Part shown: piece after piece, positions 19,050 to 20,000 of the stretch
How positions within the stretch are numbered: the first letter of the stretch is position 1
Layout: each line of letters begins with the position of its first letter
IMG/VR virus record: IMGVR_UViG_3300020048_000096
Span: 55,595-75,594 of that record
Reading direction: 5' to 3' (one strand)
Source: an uncultured virus (IMG/VR IMGVR_UViG_3300020048_000096)
Lineage: Duplodnaviria; Heunggongvirae; Uroviricota; Caudoviricetes
DNA length: 20,000 nt
Notes under the pieces: generated by a model
Database searches by the model: none
What the model saw: the letters and a program-made list of their open reading frames with translations, nothing else
What the model was told of the DNA's origin: nothing
Program-made: the position numbers and the translations under genes

Positions 19050-20000
19050 ATGGCAAAGACGCGCATAGGAAGTACGCAAATCTTAGATGGCGGCATAAAA
19101 AGAGAAGACTTAAATACAACGCAAGCTGGACAAGCGGTTGTTGCAAAGATTCTTCAAGGATCCGGAGGCGTGTCTTTGTCATCTTCTGGAGCAGATTCTG
19201 GTACGGGAGATGTTACTATCAATATAGTTCCTGCAACATTAAGTTCTTTTGGTAGTGTTAAGATTACAGATAGCACGAGTACTAGTGCTTCTGACATCGC
19301 TGCTTCCGCAAGTAGTGTGAAAGCCGCATGGGACTTAGCAAATCACGCACATCCTTATGCAGCGAGTGTTCACACTCACACATTTGCATCACTTACTTCT
19401 AAGCCTACTACTATTGCGGGATATGGAATTACTGATACACCTTGGACAGCTTATCTTCCACTTGCTGGCGGGACATTGACTGGTGATTTAAACATCAAAG
19501 ATGGTGCAGCAGGAGGTGTCCATTTTCATAATGGAACAGGAGCAATAATGACTTCTGTTACTGCGAATGACATTGTATTTATGGGCTCAAGAGAAATGCG
19601 CTTCTCTGATAGCACTAATTGGGATTATAATTCTTGGGCAGGAATGTCTTACCTTAATGCAACGAAGGTGCTTTATGTTGGAGGGCCCGCAGGTTCAAAA
19701 TTCACCTCTAATGCATCTCCTTCCGCTATAACTATTGACATGACACTTATTAATTCTGGTGTGACTTCTGTCTCAGCAGATACTTTTATAGCAGGTGGAG
19801 GAAGTTCGGCGAATTGGAATACTGCATATAATCACAGTCAAAGCAGTCATCCTTATTTACCTTTAGCTGGAGGAACTCTTAGCGGTCAGTTAACAGCCAA
19901 TGGAAGAATAGCTGTAAATGGAGGTTCTGGCTCCTCATATAGCACATCCGATTTAGAAGTAATCTCAGGAAGAACTGGAGGACCAGTAATAGCATTACAT
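19050..20000 (+). CDS. Tail fibre protein, 3'-truncated (317 codons in window; absent from the supplied ORF track)
   Basis: ATG at 19050 after TAAATAAATTATAAA, with no stop to the window end (MAKTRIGSTQILDGGIKREDL...GPVIALH). It has a phage fibre repeat (PATLSSFGSVKITDS...AASASSVKAAWDLAN), HAH/HTH, KPTTIAGYGITD and two YLPLAGGTLxG motifs. Confidence 0.88.
   Translation, partial: MAKTRIGSTQILDGGIKREDLNTTQAGQAVVAKILQGSGGVSLSSSGADSGTGDVTINIVPATLSSFGSVKITDSTSTSASDIAASASSVKAAWDLANHAHPYAASVHTHTFASLTSKPTTIAGYGITDTPWTAYLPLAGGTLTGDLNIKDGAAGGVHFHNGTGAIMTSVTANDIVFMGSREMRFSDSTNWDYNSWAGMSYLNATKVLYVGGPAGSKFTSNASPSAITIDMTLINSGVTSVSADTFIAGGGSSANWNTAYNHSQSSHPYLPLAGGTLSGQLTANGRIAVNGGSGSSYSTSDLEVISGRTGGPVIALH
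19452..19886 (+). repeat. Protein-level repeat YLPLAGGTL(T/S)G, two copies, in the last tail fibre gene
   Basis: Copies at 19452-19484 and 19854-19886 share 10 of 11 residues but use largely different codons, so the repeat is old or maintained at protein level. Confidence 0.8.

Larger units (their letters stand above)
1..20000 (+). mobile_element. Phage genome segment (virion RNAP and ejection-protein block followed by tail-fibre genes), crAss-like or related Bacteroidota phage
   Basis: Five co-oriented genes with 15-128 nt spacers, a crAss/phi14:2-type RNAP, and tail-fibre motifs. Starts are A-rich without Shine-Dalgarno sequences. No host housekeeping genes or integration signals are visible, so free phage versus prophage cannot be decided. 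Confidence 0.88.

Noticed and set aside
1..20000. Stop-codon reassignment (TAG or TGA), known in some crAss-like phages
   Set aside because: Over 6,500 codons read without an in-frame TAG or TGA under the standard code. All four stops are TAA, so recoding is not excluded, but nothing here supports it.
1..20000. CRISPR arrays, tRNAs, DGR repeats or nucleotide tandem repeats
   Set aside because: Non-coding space totals under 200 nt and I saw no such repeats by eye; a DGR target could still lie in the missing 3' part of the last gene.

Overview
This window is an all-plus-strand, densely coding piece of a bacteriophage genome, most likely a crAss-like (Crassvirales-related) or similar Bacteroidota phage. 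The first 17 kb hold two giant genes. ORF1 (over 3,360 aa, open past the left edge) is a single-chain, two-barrel virion RNA polymerase with the motifs DGQ, RIPTED, GSDFDVD and DNAKDP, fused to an intact HExxH zincin domain. ORF2 (2,248 aa) looks like an ejected cargo protein with a degenerate zincin, a degenerate PD-(D/E)xK fold, long helical regions and a C-terminal hydrophobic segment. A long stem-loop follows, then three tail-fibre-like genes; the last (19050 to the window end) is missing from the ORF track. The most striking observation is that about 5,600 residues of the two giant proteins contain only two cysteines by my reading: the last residue of ORF1 and residue 3 of ORF2. This suggests a head-to-tail cysteine link between consecutively ejected proteins. 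All family assignments come from recognising motifs by eye; no searches were run.
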